From NCBI GenBank assembly GCA_021613535.1, contig CP075496.1:11284001-11348000 (forward strand): DNA of 64,000 nucleotides, written 5' to 3'. This stretch comes from Adineta vaga. Its lineage: Eukaryota > Animalia > Rotifera. The notes beneath the pieces are model-generated. The model saw only the letters and a program-made list of their open reading frames with translations, was not told the origin of the DNA and searched no databases. This document shows, one piece after another, positions 42,168-55,136 of the stretch (the stretch's first letter is position 1; every line of letters starts with the position of its first letter). The translations under genes and the position numbers were made by a program.

Positions 42168-42785
42168 TTAAAGTGAAGCTGTTATAATACCGATTGTGAT
42201 TGCTAAAAGAAATGCTACTAGATGTATGAGAAGTTCTTTAGGAAATGTTGTGTAGATATCTGCATAACGTGGTGTATACACCATACACATCGTTTCACTT
42301 TGATTACTACCAACATATTCTTTTCGAACACTATCAATTGCAGACTGATCAACAGCCGATAATCTTTCATTAGCACTACGAGCATCATTTGGAACTGATA
42401 CCCATTCGTAATAGCGACCGTTGGGACCAGCAACTTTTGCTGGTAAAAGACGTGTTGCATTCAACAGACTGCGATTGCTTAAATAAATATAAACATTATA
42501 TAGTGTTAAAGCAAGATAAAGTAAACTCAAAATAATAGTGCCAATAACAAACACTGCTTTAATTAAAGCAAGAAATGCAAATACCATTGCTATAATCCAA
42601 ACAACCGCCACTATCGAACGAAACAATAGTAAACGACCACCACGCATAGTTGCTTTCTGATTAACAGATACAGCATTGTAATTTTTAACAGCAAAATTAT
42701 ATCTAGCCGGATATGCAGTTCGTACAAATACTTGTAAACCTTTGACTTCTACAGGTGGTTCAGCATATTTTGTTTGAGGCGGCAT
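42168..42785 (-). CDS. Intronless uncharacterised membrane protein (2 TM - soluble loop - 1 TM)
   Basis: Uninterrupted ~205-aa ORF with three hydrophobic segments. Confidence 0.65.
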   Translation of the reverse strand: MPPQTKYAEPPVEVKGLQVFVRTAYPARYNFAVKNYNAVSVNQKATMRGGRLLLFRSIVAVVWIIAMVFAFLALIKAVFVIGTIILSLLYLALTLYNVYIYLSNRSLLNATRLLPAKVAGPNGRYYEWVSVPNDARSANERLSAVDQSAIDSVRKEYVGSNQSETMCMVYTPRYADIYTTFPKELLIHLVAFLLAITIGIITASL

Positions 42786-43423
42786 AAGGTCCAATTACTT
42801 TTATTCAAAATAATGCTTCAAGGTGAATACATTAGTAACACATATTCTTATCTTTACATTCTCTATTGAAACATTTTCTTTTTATCATTGGTGTCATTAT
42901 AGCAAACAAAAAATAAGAGAAAAACTAACTTTCTACACATTGCTTTTATATATCCTTTAGAAATTCGTGTTTCATATATTCTAAAGAAAGAATGTAATCA
43001 GTCAAGTTGATATATTTATCACAGTCACTTTAATATAGGCTTTCTACGATCTGATTACAACAAAAAAAGCTTATTGGTAAAGTGTCGACTATTTTGCGAG
43101 GATTGCTGTTATCTATTTATGAGTCATTCATCGAGTAAAAGTGTGAGTGAGTCTTAATTATCGTTTCCAATTACACTGTAAATAAATGGTTTATATTCTA
43201 CAAGATTATTATTTCGATTAAGATCTTTATTATCTTACATCTATGACTCATTGTAAAGATATCCATATCGATTCGTTGAACAAAGGAAATGTGAAAAGAT
43301 ACTCAATGATTGAATACTCAGTAACTATCTTTATTAGAAATAAGAAGCGTATTAGAAACTAGCTATTCGTTTAATAAAATTCGATTTGAAAAATCACAGA
43401 AAGCTTATTATTGTTCGTTTTTC

Positions 43424-44862
43424 CTAAAATAAGTCTCGACACAATAGAATACCGTGATCACATAAACCACCGACAATAAGTTTTCGTTTGTATGTACCAC
43501 CGACAGTAGATGCTGATAAAATTTCACCATTGGTAAGTAAAATATTCTCAAATGATGAATCTATACAATGCGAAAAAAATCTGTCGTATTTAATTTATGT
43601 TAACGAAAGAGAAATCGTTACTTGATTTGGGATCACGGAAAATGACTATTTCGGAAGGTGAACGATTGCGACGATCTTTTTCGTGTGGAACAAATAAAAG
43701 AGGTTTTGGATGACCAGCAACAATCAATTGATCCTTATCATTAACTAAAAGATTATCTGGAAAGAATTGAACATATAAACTTTGTATATAAGTTAATGAA
43801 TTATCTTCTGAATTATGTTTGTATATACGAATCTAATAAAGTAATAATTATCAAAATATTGATTAGAATAGTCAAATAAAAAAAAGCGGAATTTACACTT
43901 CGTTCTGTAGTTGAAGCGACATAGATAGTTTGAAAATCTAATGAAGCTACAATACCATTTGCTGTACAAATAGAATCAAGAACCTAAATACATCAATGTT
44001 TTTGAAATAAGTGTTCAATAGAGAATTACCATTTTACAATGCCATTCATGCGTTTTTGAACAAAGTAACAAATTACCCCATGGTCGTTTCGCAAAAACTT
44101 CAATCTTATGCAATAATGGTGATATATCCGTACGATAATGATAAACATTTGTGACGTAGAATGTTTTTTCATCAATAGGTAAAATATCATCAGGTACTAA
44201 TTTTTTTAAAAGATTTCATTTGATTTAAAATCAATCTTAATATAATTTCCTTTGTTACCTGTAAAAAGAGGATCAACTACTGAATCAATCCATTTCAATT
44301 GATTTGCTTTAGAAGAATCGATTTCAAATATTTCCACAGTGCCAATCATTTGTTCATCGACTACTCGATGATTTGTCATAAATAACTAAATATAATTCCA
44401 CGTACATAGATTCTCTTATTCTAACAATCTTACTTGATTATTTTTTCTTTTCAATAAACCAACACCAAGAGGATGAAAATGCTCATATGGATAATTCATA
44501 AAATCCAATTTTGTAAATTTTTCTGATTCAAGATCAAATCGAAATACTTTTCCTTGTTTATGTTTATTGGCTAATGTTATATTGAATGTATGCCACCATG
44601 TACGATCATCACCAGGCATATATGCGACACGGTTCTCATAATCAATATCAAAATCTTCGAAAGCTTGACCTTCTACAGTTAAATATTATCGAAATTTCAT
44701 TGAACTCAATAGATAATTACCTCCATCGGATGGTACAATCAACTGACATTGATTCAATCCTTTCGTTTCAATATGTCGGAAAATTCCCATATCCATTAGA
44801 TATTTTCCAATAAACGTCAATAGTAACACAAGACAAGACCAAAGAATCACTGATTTGATCAT
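43424..44862 (-). CDS. PON: Paraoxonase/arylesterase family protein
   Basis: N-terminal hydrophobic anchor, FHPLG, TNHR..TVEIF, PDDILPIDEKTFYVTN, ANGIVAS, FPDNLLV, VAGHPKP, NGEILSASTV. Confidence 0.85.
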
Positions 44863-45041
44863 GATTTATTCTGAAAATTGATAATATTGAGAAAACAAAA
44901 CAAATTATTTACAGATATTCTCACGAAATAAGTAAAATAAAATATTAAATATACAATTACATGAAGAAGAAGAAAAAACAAAAGAAATATTTTACGGAAT
45001 ATTATGTATATCACAAAGAGCACAGTTATTGCAGATGAGTA

Positions 45042-48000
45042 TTATTTATTCATTGTTCGTGTTGCTGATAAAAATAATAAAAGATCAGAATCAATTAAAT
45101 GATGCTTCTCTTTTGGTATAAAACTCTTGACAATTTCAATATCTGTTTCACTTCCCTAGAGACAAACAAGAAAAATTATCAATGAGATTAACTATTTTAT
45201 TTACTTGAAGAGCTTCGAGTATTAATTGAAATGTTTCATCGTCAAGTTCTTGTTGTAATTGATGAATTCTTTCTTGATCAACTTGAAGACAATGTTGAAG
45301 ATTATCTTCATCTTCAGGATTGCACCATACATCATCATCATCATTAGTATCATCGTCCTCAATCAATGGATTTTCTGCTGGCGCTATTAATATTTGTTGG
45401 TCATCAGGTTCTGCATTATCGTCACTTGATGGTGAAATATTGACATTATCACTTTCAAAATTTGTATCAGTTAAACTTATTTTTCGATTGGTTCGATCTA
45501 GTTGAGATGTACTTCGAGTTAGTTTACATGCTTGAATAATTATTTCTTCTGGAAGATCATCGATCATATGTAATTCAGGATTTGAAACAGTTCGAAGAAG
45601 CTAGAAGAGTTCTTTCATATTATTCCTTCTGCATTGATTATATAAGATCAAAGAAATATCTAACTTACAAGTTTATTTTTTTCATCAAAATGACCCGTTG
45701 TTAAACCTTCGAGAAGATCAAAATCATCCGATAATATTGTATTACTAGAGTGTAAAAAGAGAATCAAATGTTAAATAATTTGATTTAATTATAATCGTAC
45801 TCTTTCTCATCATCTTCTTTTGCTTGAACAACTAATGTAGAATCTAAATCTTCAACAAGAAGATCAGATATGATTGGTTTCTCAGGTATTTGACATGGTA
45901 TATTTGCAGATTCAACTATATTAGACATTGTGAGTGTTTCATTTTTACGATTTGGATCAATTCTTTTTGCTAAATTAATCAAACTAATATCTGAAATTCC
46001 ACTGTTTTCAGTTGGATTAACTACGTTGGTAATTGTTTGATCTTGAACAAGAGCACGTTCTAAAACACTAATCACTGTTCCTCGAGATGCACCAGAATTT
46101 GCCTGTCGATTAGAGCCATTTCCACTAATAATATTCATGGCTTGACCTTGTATCATCAGATTAGGTGCATTGGAATCTATAGCAAAATAAAATAATTATT
46201 TTTCTCGATAAAATGATAATTCTTTCAATGTACTTGATGGATTATTTCTTGGTGTATAACGATTAAGTACTATAGGTTTGATCTGTGGTTTTCCATTCCA
46301 GAATGAACGTGGTTCAGATGCGTCATTACTCTCTTCCCAGACTTCTGGAACATTTTTTCCATTTGTATTCGGCAAATTATCAGCTGGAGTTTTGTCTTGT
46401 TCAGGATTCGCAATCGCTGCAACTTGTTGAATTGGTTTCTATTCAAATGAAAGTTTTAGAACCTCTTGAGGACATATGATTCATATTTACGTCTTTATCT
46501 TTGTGTACATCGATCAATTGATAGCGTTGATATAAATCAGACTAAATAAGAAATATGATAATACAAGAACGGAAAATAAATTAGTTATTACTTTATTAAC
46601 CGAAGATTTTCGTTTCGTTTCTCGCTTATTAAGATAATTCTTTCGACGAATTTGATGTAAATTTCGATTGAATGCTCCAGCATAAGCTTTCTTGCCAGGC
46701 ACTTGCCGTTTGTGTCCTGAAACTGGACGATCAATATTGGCCCTAGAGATATGTTCAAAATGTACAATAGTGAAGGAAAAGACGATTGTTTATTTACTGT
46801 AGTATAGAATAAAAATGACCGTTATTGACTATAGGTTTTTGTCTGACTTGAATATTCTGATTCTGTTTCGACATTTGATTAACTAGTGAGAAATAAGAGA
46901 ATAACTATTTTTCAATTTGATTTACAAATAGTTACTTTTATTCCATTTATCCATTTTCTTTTCACTTTCAGCTATTTTCTGTTGAAGCTGATCCAATTGT
47001 TCAACATATGAAATATAATTATCTTTTTTCATTACACTAGGACTTGATGGTGTAGCGACCTTAAATATTTTCGAAAACAAACGGTAATAGACTTAATTAA
47101 GTATCAAACGTACTGATTCTCTTGCAGATGATTGCGTAGATACTGGATTCATTTTATGCTGTAAAGAATAGATATTGTAACGTGATGTAAATATTAAATT
47201 TCATTTGAATAATACTTACAGGTAAGAAAACTGGTTGAGCTGCACGTTGATTGTTTGTATCTGGCTGATCCTTAAAAGATGAGAATGATCTTGAAAGAAT
47301 CAACAAAAGATGAAATTTATTATACGGGAAGATTTTTGCTTATTTTTAATCGATGAAATTCTCGATCTCGTTGTATCGCTGCTCTTCTTTGTTTCTCAAT
47401 AGATTCTTGTTGCTTTTTCACTAGATTGTCCGCCTAAATGAATTATAATGTTTTTAAATATCTCTACACAAACAAATGAGACTTACATCTTCTTTAACTT
47501 GTTTTTCACGTGCTTCTTTTTGTTTTGCAATTGCATTACGACGTTTTTCAATTTCACTTTCTTTATCAACCGAAAAAGCTATTGGTCGACGTTTCACATC
47601 AACAGATTTCTTTTCTTTAGATATTCTATCGAAATAATTTTAATTAGATTTTAAAATAACTATCATTATACAATAATGCATACCGATTAACAGAACGAAC
47701 AGCAGACGTTGGACGTTTAGAAATGGATGGTGCTTTCGATGCTTTCACTGGTTCTTGAGAAGAAGTTCTCGGTACAGCTGAACTTGGACGCGATAAAGCT
47801 GCTTGAACTGGTGTTACACCATTCAGTTTTGGAGCTGTCATCGGACGTGGTGAAGAAGTAGAAGACGATGATGATGGATTTACCTTCATAAGCTCAACAG
47901 ATGATTTTCTATTATGTATTACTGTATGACTAAATTCTTCGCTATGAACCTATACAACAGAATAGTTGGATATATTGATATAAATAATCCTTTATAGTAG

Positions 48001-49301
48001 AGTACTTCTTCAGGAAGATGTTTTAATACACGTCGACTAATAAATGGTTTTCGTAAAATTGTATTGATTGCTGGTCGTTCTCTAGAAACGAATACAATCA
48101 AGATATTTATTCGTATAAGTTTCATTTTTCTTACCGTGGTTCACGTTTAAACATTGATGCAATCAACAATCGTAAATCACCACTATATTTCGCTGGAATA
48201 GGATTGAAGGATCCACTGAAAATAATCAAAATATAGTATGTATTTGACAAAATTCGTGTTTCTTCCTTACCGAACAATCCTCATAATCAAACCATTCATA
48301 TTATCAGCGTCAAACTAGATACAAAACAAAACTTTTCCATTATCTCAATATGTTCTATTTATTTACAGCATGTTTAAGTGTCGTCATTTCATACAATACG
48401 CAACCAAGACTCCAAACATCGGATTTATTATTGTATGGTTTTTGTTGACATATTTCAGGAGACAAATAATACGGTGTACCAATTTGTGTACGCGCTAATT
48501 CACATGTACTAAACATATTCTTACATAAAGTAAACATATATTCTGTTAGAAAATCAAACTTACGTATTTAATACTTTTGAAATACCAAAATCACCTAATT
48601 TCGCTGAACCATCACTTGTTAAAAATACATTCTAAAATAGTTCGATAAGAATTTCTTTTCAAATGTCATTAGTTTTCGATTTATTTTACTTGAGATTTAA
48701 TATCACGATGAAGTACTTTACGATCATGTACATGTTTAAGTGCTAATGTTATCTGAACAAACCAATCAAGTATTTGATCTTCACTAAATAATATACCACG
48801 TTGAGCTTGTATACGAGAATGTAAATCACCACCATCACAATAATCCATCAGAATATACAAACTTGTAGAATCTAATGACGAAATATAATTATTATTATTA
48901 TATGATAATACTCAGTTCAAATCGTTTGCAAATTGATCTATTTCAAAAATAAAAAATACATACCTTCAAATGACTCCGTATAAGATACAATGTAAGGATG
49001 TTTCATTTTTTCAAGGACATCAACCTAAAATCGATTCAGTTTTTGTTTTATTGAAAAAAATAAACAGAATTTTAATATATCTCTATCATACTTCTTTTCG
49101 TGCATCATCACGCTCTTTATTACTCATCTAATTAAAATAAAAAACAGATTAACTTTACGTCGTTTTAATTGAGAAATCTTTTACTTTAGCAATTTTAATT
49201 TCTTTCATAACTAATTGTTTGCCATCGATCTTTGCTTGAACTAGCCATGCTTGTCCGAAAGCACCTGTACCGATCAGCTTCTGTCGATTGTACTTCTCCA
49301 T
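45042..49301 (-). CDS. NEK1: NIMA-related kinase, NEK1-like, many exons
   Basis: [87 protein letters not shown]; C-terminal [10 protein letters not shown] and acidic tail. Confidence 0.88.
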
Positions 49302-49637
49302 ATATCTTGGTTTACTTGTCGTTGTTGCACACATTGGAAAAGAATTATATCATAGAAAAGAATGTCATTTTATTCAACATTGAGGAATGTTTGTCAAATA
49401 AGTGATACTACAAGAGATAATAAAATAAATATTTTCTTCTGCGTTTTTTTTCAATGACTATGAATCATCATGAATATGATTCGTCTAAATAAAAACCATC
49501 TTCAATATAATTCACCATCGATACAACCTTCAATAGGAGAACGACAGTGGCGACACTAGGAAATAAATGTCTAACCGATGTATTTATTGCTAGTCTTATC
49601 AGAAAGCATTCTCCTTTCCTTTATAGAAATTAATTGT

Positions 49638-50027
49638 ATGCATTGGCTGTTTGCAAAACATATGGTAAATCATTAGTTTAAATGATCATTTCTTACAAAA
49701 TCTGTTTCTCGTTCACAGGATTTTCATGGTCAAAAAGTAGCGGAACGACTTATTCAAGTCATTGTTCTTTCATTTGGTGTAAGATCTACTTCCATCTTAC
49801 CATTTCTTACCAGATCCTTTTTCTTCTTTTTATAGATACTCGGTTTTATCGTTGGATACTTGATGCAACAATTTAGTATCACAGTTTATAGTGTACTTTT
49901 CGGAGCTTCTTTATCTGCTATCGTAAGACATTGCGATATCTAAATTTTTTTAGTTAAAAATTTGCCATTTTTGTAGTTAGTTTTGCCACCATGGCCAATG
50001 TTTCGTAAAAATCCAATTGAATGGTAA
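49638..50027 (+). CDS. SPCS1: Signal peptidase complex subunit 1 (SPC12); 3' end uncertain
   Basis: HM|DFHGQKVAERLIQVIVLSFG|ILGFIVGYLMQQFSITVY..|LVLPPWPMFRKNPIEW. Confidence 0.88.
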
Positions 50028-50336
50028 GTGGTCATAAAAATACTGAACAAATTTCACAACAAAATCGATATAAAAATTGAAAAGCGTATTTGTTTATCTT
50101 GTAGGGGGAACGAACTCTGATTTTTGTACGAAAAAACTCGTATTGTCTGCTGTTAAACTATTGTAAAGTGGTGTTCAACTTGTAAATATAGGAACAAAAG
50201 ATATATTCGTGACTTCACAGCAATAACAAATGGCTCTCCTTCAATGCTAAATTATTTCTGAATATGTAAAACTCATATATAGGTCGCATCTAGTTTTATC
50301 ATTGTCTATTTCTTGTAGAGAAATAAATATAAATTA

Positions 50337-51872
50337 TTAAAAATTTCTTTTTTTTAAATAAGCATAAAGTCCATATTTAGGTGGCATAGTTACTCCTTTC
50401 AGTTCAGGTACAATTGTTTGATTTGGTACTAAATCAAATGTACAACGTTGTATAAACATTGCTAAGATAACTTTTGCTTCAAGTATAGCAAAATTCTGCC
50501 CAATACAGTTTCTTGGTCCTGCAGCAAATGGAAGATAAGCAAAGGGATGAACTAGTTTTGGTTTAAATCCTGTTATAGGATCACGCATCCATCGTTTATA
50601 ATCAAATGTTAATGGATCAGGCCAATATTCTTTTTGTCGATGTAAAACATATGAATTAATAATGATCATTGTACCAACAGGAATATGAATCTGAATTTTA
50701 CCATCAGAACTAGCTATTGTATGTTCTTTGACACATTCACGACCAAAGACTGGAGCTGCTGGATAAAGTCGAAGAGTTTCATATAGAACTGCTTCAATTA
50801 CTTGAAGATCAGCTATATGTTCATAAGTAGGCACTGTACCATGTGGTAAAATACGATCAACTTCTTCACGACATGCTTGTAAAACATTATCATGAAGCAT
50901 TAACATATTTAACGCCCAAGTCAACAGACTACTAGTTGTTTCATGACCAGCAAGTACAAATGTTAATGCTTCATCTTTTATTTGTTGATCAGTAAATGAT
51001 TCACCTTGATCATCGACAGCGGATAGAAGAAGATCAAGAATATCATGTCCAGAACATAAACTCGATGATTTTCCATTTCGTCGATCAGTAATTGATTGAT
51101 CAACAAATTCATATAAGATCTTTCTAGCTTGATCTATAGTAGGTTTACCCCAAAATGGTAATTCAGCAAGAAATTCAATTTGATTAATCATACGAAATGT
51201 TCGATATTCTACCATATCTTTTGCTTCATTGAATAATTTACACATGGTTTCTTTTGATCCTATATTAGCGTCAAAATCTTGACCAAAAGCACTTGACATA
51301 ATGATCGAAAGTGTTAACGAACTAAATTCAATGTCGAGACTAATAGAATCTGTAGATGACGTAGTGGCAAGTAATGAATCAATCGCTTTTGCTGTTTCAT
51401 TTGACATCAGTGGTATCATTGATCGAAGATTAACTGAATGAAATGCAGGATTTAACATTTTCCGAGCTCGTTCATGTTCTGGATTTTTACTAATTAAAAG
51501 ATTGTGTACACCAATTAAAGGTTTTACAATATTAACTAAGAATGATGTTTTTTCATAATATTCTGCTTTTGAACGGCCTAAGACATCGGCCAATAATTCT
51601 GGTTCAATAATTACAAAGCGTGGAAGAGGTCCCATACCAAAAAGATAAAAATAACCATGTTTTTCTGCGAGTTTATGAAAATATTCCAATGTTCTATTGT
51701 TTTTGCTAGCACGAATGATATCAAATACCTGACCAAATATTGGAACAAATGGTTCACTAGGTACTCCCTGAGCTACAAGAATATCATATACTCGTTTTTG
51801 AGGACGAACGATTTTCAAGTAGATAAACGTTATCAAAACAAGTAGTATTGAAACAATGAGGAATAATATCAT
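50337..51872 (-). CDS. Intronless cytochrome P450 (511 aa)
   Basis: I-helix FVLAGHETT, K-helix ETLRLYP, heme motif FAAGPRNCIG, N-terminal TM anchor. Confidence 0.96.
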   Translation of the reverse strand: MILFLIVSILLVLITFIYLKIVRPQKRVYDILVAQGVPSEPFVPIFGQVFDIIRASKNNRTLEYFHKLAEKHGYFYLFGMGPLPRFVIIEPELLADVLGRSKAEYYEKTSFLVNIVKPLIGVHNLLISKNPEHERARKMLNPAFHSVNLRSMIPLMSNETAKAIDSLLATTSSTDSISLDIEFSSLTLSIIMSSAFGQDFDANIGSKETMCKLFNEAKDMVEYRTFRMINQIEFLAELPFWGKPTIDQARKILYEFVDQSITDRRNGKSSSLCSGHDILDLLLSAVDDQGESFTDQQIKDEALTFVLAGHETTSSLLTWALNMLMLHDNVLQACREEVDRILPHGTVPTYEHIADLQVIEAVLYETLRLYPAAPVFGRECVKEHTIASSDGKIQIHIPVGTMIIINSYVLHRQKEYWPDPLTFDYKRWMRDPITGFKPKLVHPFAYLPFAAGPRNCIGQNFAILEAKVILAMFIQRCTFDLVPNQTIVPELKGVTMPPKYGLYAYLKKRNF

Positions 51873-52785
51873 CGTGCTTTTGGTTAATGTCTAAAATACA
51901 CAAGATATACTTTAAATAGTCCTACTTCTTCTTTGAATGACTCTAAAAATTCGATATACAAAATAACAAAACGAAAAGATATAATTCGAGACGTTTGCAC
52001 TATTTTTAACATAACATTAAGTCAGGAAAATAAATGTTGTTGTTCGAGTGAGTATCTTGATCTTCTAATAGTGATTACGCATATTAAAAAGAAAAGAAAA
52101 ATAAGCCGTCGTGATAAATATCGACAGACACGTGTCCATCATGTGTGAGTCAGAAACCCTACATATGTTAACAAGCGATCGATATTTATTCACTTAATTT
52201 TATTGGAATTATTGTCTTAGAAAGTGATTCGCAATATCAGACAAGTGTTGTTAAATAAAAGTAAGCAACGACAAGAAAATATCATATATAGACTGACAAC
52301 TAATATGATAATCATGTTGAAGTCACATCTAGTCGTGCTGAAAAACTATGTGGTTTCAAATGGATACATTTAAAATATATCAATACCATACATTTCATAG
52401 CAGAATGATGATATAAAAGAATCTCTTGAAATGAAAGTCATTATGTTTTTTAAATTTTTATCGTACAGACACTCACTATACTGAATTTACGATTCAACGA
52501 AATTAGTATTCAATGAGGTAGATAATTCAGCTGCTACGTTACGTTGAGATATATTGTAAATGCAATTTATAAGAACAAGTTGTTCAACATCTTACGTTAT
52601 ATTTCATCGTCAATGGAAGAATAAAATTCCATGAAGCAAAAAAAAGAAAAGAAAAAATAAACAAATATACAAAGATAAAAGTTAACTGACTAAATCCACT
52701 GTAGAAAAATATAGAATGATACAAAATAAATTCGTATCTGTTTGAAAATCAGAGAACAAATGAACATGTCAGTAAAGAGTAGAAT

Positions 52786-53886
52786 TTAACGTTTTCTCAT
52801 CAGTCGATTTGTTCCTGAGGCTGAATTCGTATACGAAGAACGATCTTCATCAAAATCTTCATCGGTTAATGCTGCTGATGCAAAACGTGGCGTCGTTGCT
52901 CGAATAATTTCATCAACCGATGGTGTTCGATTTTCATATAATAGAATATTCAGTGTTTCTTCATATATTCTTGCTTCAAAGAATTCAACCTAATGAGAAA
53001 AGAAGAAAAAATAATCGACAAAATTCTTAGTTTTTTTGCACGAACTTTATTTTGTTTTCGTTCAGTTGCATAGACAATTGATGTACAACAAACTTCAGCC
53101 ATCTTTTGTCCATTACCATAAAAACTCCAACAACAAATTTCTTCACTACTAGTTACATCTTTGATAAATAGAATTCGATTATGTAAACGAATACTTAATT
53201 TATCGAATAACTCGATATTTTTCATCAGCATTTCATCAGATGAACTGAAAGACAAAAATCACAATATCAATTCATTTTCTTTCCGTAAACTTACGCTGTA
53301 TATGAATATTTATTATTATGTCGATTAATAGCTAATTTAATGATCGGTTTTCGTAAGTAGCAACAATATTTGGTAATTCTCTTGCAGATGTTAACATTAT
53401 CACTTTACAACAAGCATCTACATCACCGACCGTTTTTCGTGCACATATTCGTATATGTTGTTCAATGAGTTCAATCAATGATTGAATACAATAAAATCTA
53501 GCTTCATTTAAAAGTTCATTCAATGTTTGAATACAATCAGGTAGATTCAAAGTACCATCACGTAAATAATTCAATATCATATTAAAATGTTTACCATCGC
53601 GATCGATAAAAACCCAACCTATTCGAAAAACAAACGATATTTACTATTCAAGAATTTGATTATTATATCTACCTTCACCATCTTGAACAACTTCCATTCG
53701 TCCACTAAACATTGCTTTAAACATTGTATCTTCTTTGGTTAATGTATCAAAACTTGTTAGAAAAAGATGATTACCAATATTAAGCTTAACATATTTTCCA
53801 AAATGATTTGATTGATTAGATATACAATCTTTCGGCAATACCGACGCAGATATCGATAGAGTATTAGATGATGTTGAATCACTCAT
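52786..53886 (-). CDS. KCTD10: BTB/POZ CUL3 adaptor, KCTD10/TNFAIP1 (BACURD) family; apparent 1-bp frameshift at ~53355
   Basis: [89 protein letters not shown]. Confidence 0.88.
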
Positions 53887-54116
53887 CTAAAATATTTTTG
53901 TACATCAAATAATGATATCATTTCAATCTCTTGGAAAACAATATATAATATCAGATATATTTTTTTATTGACAACATAGATTTGCACATTATTGATTGTA
54001 AACATAACATGTAATAGAATACTGTATACACATATATATGTAGAAGTGATTTTGAAAGAAAACAAGAAAAAAAACAATGACAACATAGATCAAAAGGGAA
54101 AGCGACTTATTCTTTT

Positions 54117-55136
54117 TCAATATAATTTTAAATTGCGAGTAATTTCATTGATCAATTGTGTTGGTGCTAGTAAAAGAAATATGTATAGAATAATTATGAG
54201 AAAGAAAAATTTCATCTGATCATTACCTGGTCCAATACCAAGAACAGTTTTACATCCTGCATCAATACGTGTTCGACCTGTCATAAAATATTTAGTACAT
54301 TTCAATCAAAGAAAATAACCTTTCATTTGTTTCTCTCTCTCTCTGATAAACGTACCTGCATCACGTATTAAACAAGTTGTTAAACCTTTAAATTTAGCTT
54401 GACGACGTAATTGCTCCCTATTATTAAGTAAGAAAAAAATCATTTAAAAATATTAAAATATAATTACTCACAAATCATCATCAGAATCACATTTACAAAC
54501 AACTTTTGCTTGTCCACCGAAAAACCATGTATCCACCGCATTTGGAATTCGTTCACAGGCTTTTTGAAAACATGCTAGTGTTGCATGCGAACACTATTGA
54601 TATTCATATGTCATTTTTATTAATAGTTATATTAAAGAAACTTACTTGCGCTGCTACTTTTCCTAAAAAGTAAAACAATTATTATAGAAGAAGAAATAAG
54701 AATATAGTTAGTATTTACCTTGAGCCATTTTAAGATCATTTCTCACAACAAGTACCAACTAAAACACAATCGCGATATTATTTTAAAAGAAATAGAATAT
54801 ATATAATTTACTTTATATTCTCCTTCAGCATCCGAAGAACCAGGATCATGCTAGAGAAAACGAATAGAAATGTATTTTTATTAACAAAATTTATCTTACG
54901 CCCTTTTCTTCTTCGCATTGATCTTTTTCAAAACCGAAATTATTCGACATTACTTTCACACTATTATTCACAAGTACAGACGAACTAAAAAGCCAACCAA
55001 GTGCCAGACCTTAATAAAATATTCATTGAAAAATTCAACTTCTTTCTTGTTTATTTCAATGATTTTTACCGCCGAAAAATCCGGCAACAAGGCCAGCTGT
55101 AGCAATTCTTTCTCCAAACCAAGATGAGTGGCTCAT
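54117..55136 (-). CDS. PTRH2: Peptidyl-tRNA hydrolase 2, mitochondrial type
   Basis: N-terminal TM; [55 protein letters not shown]. Confidence 0.92.

Noticed and set aside
36140-52150. AP-1-like TGA(C/G)TCA sites upstream of several genes (OTU, B-box, membrane protein, P450)
   Set aside because: A 7-mer of this composition is expected several times by chance in 64 kb; enrichment cannot be shown
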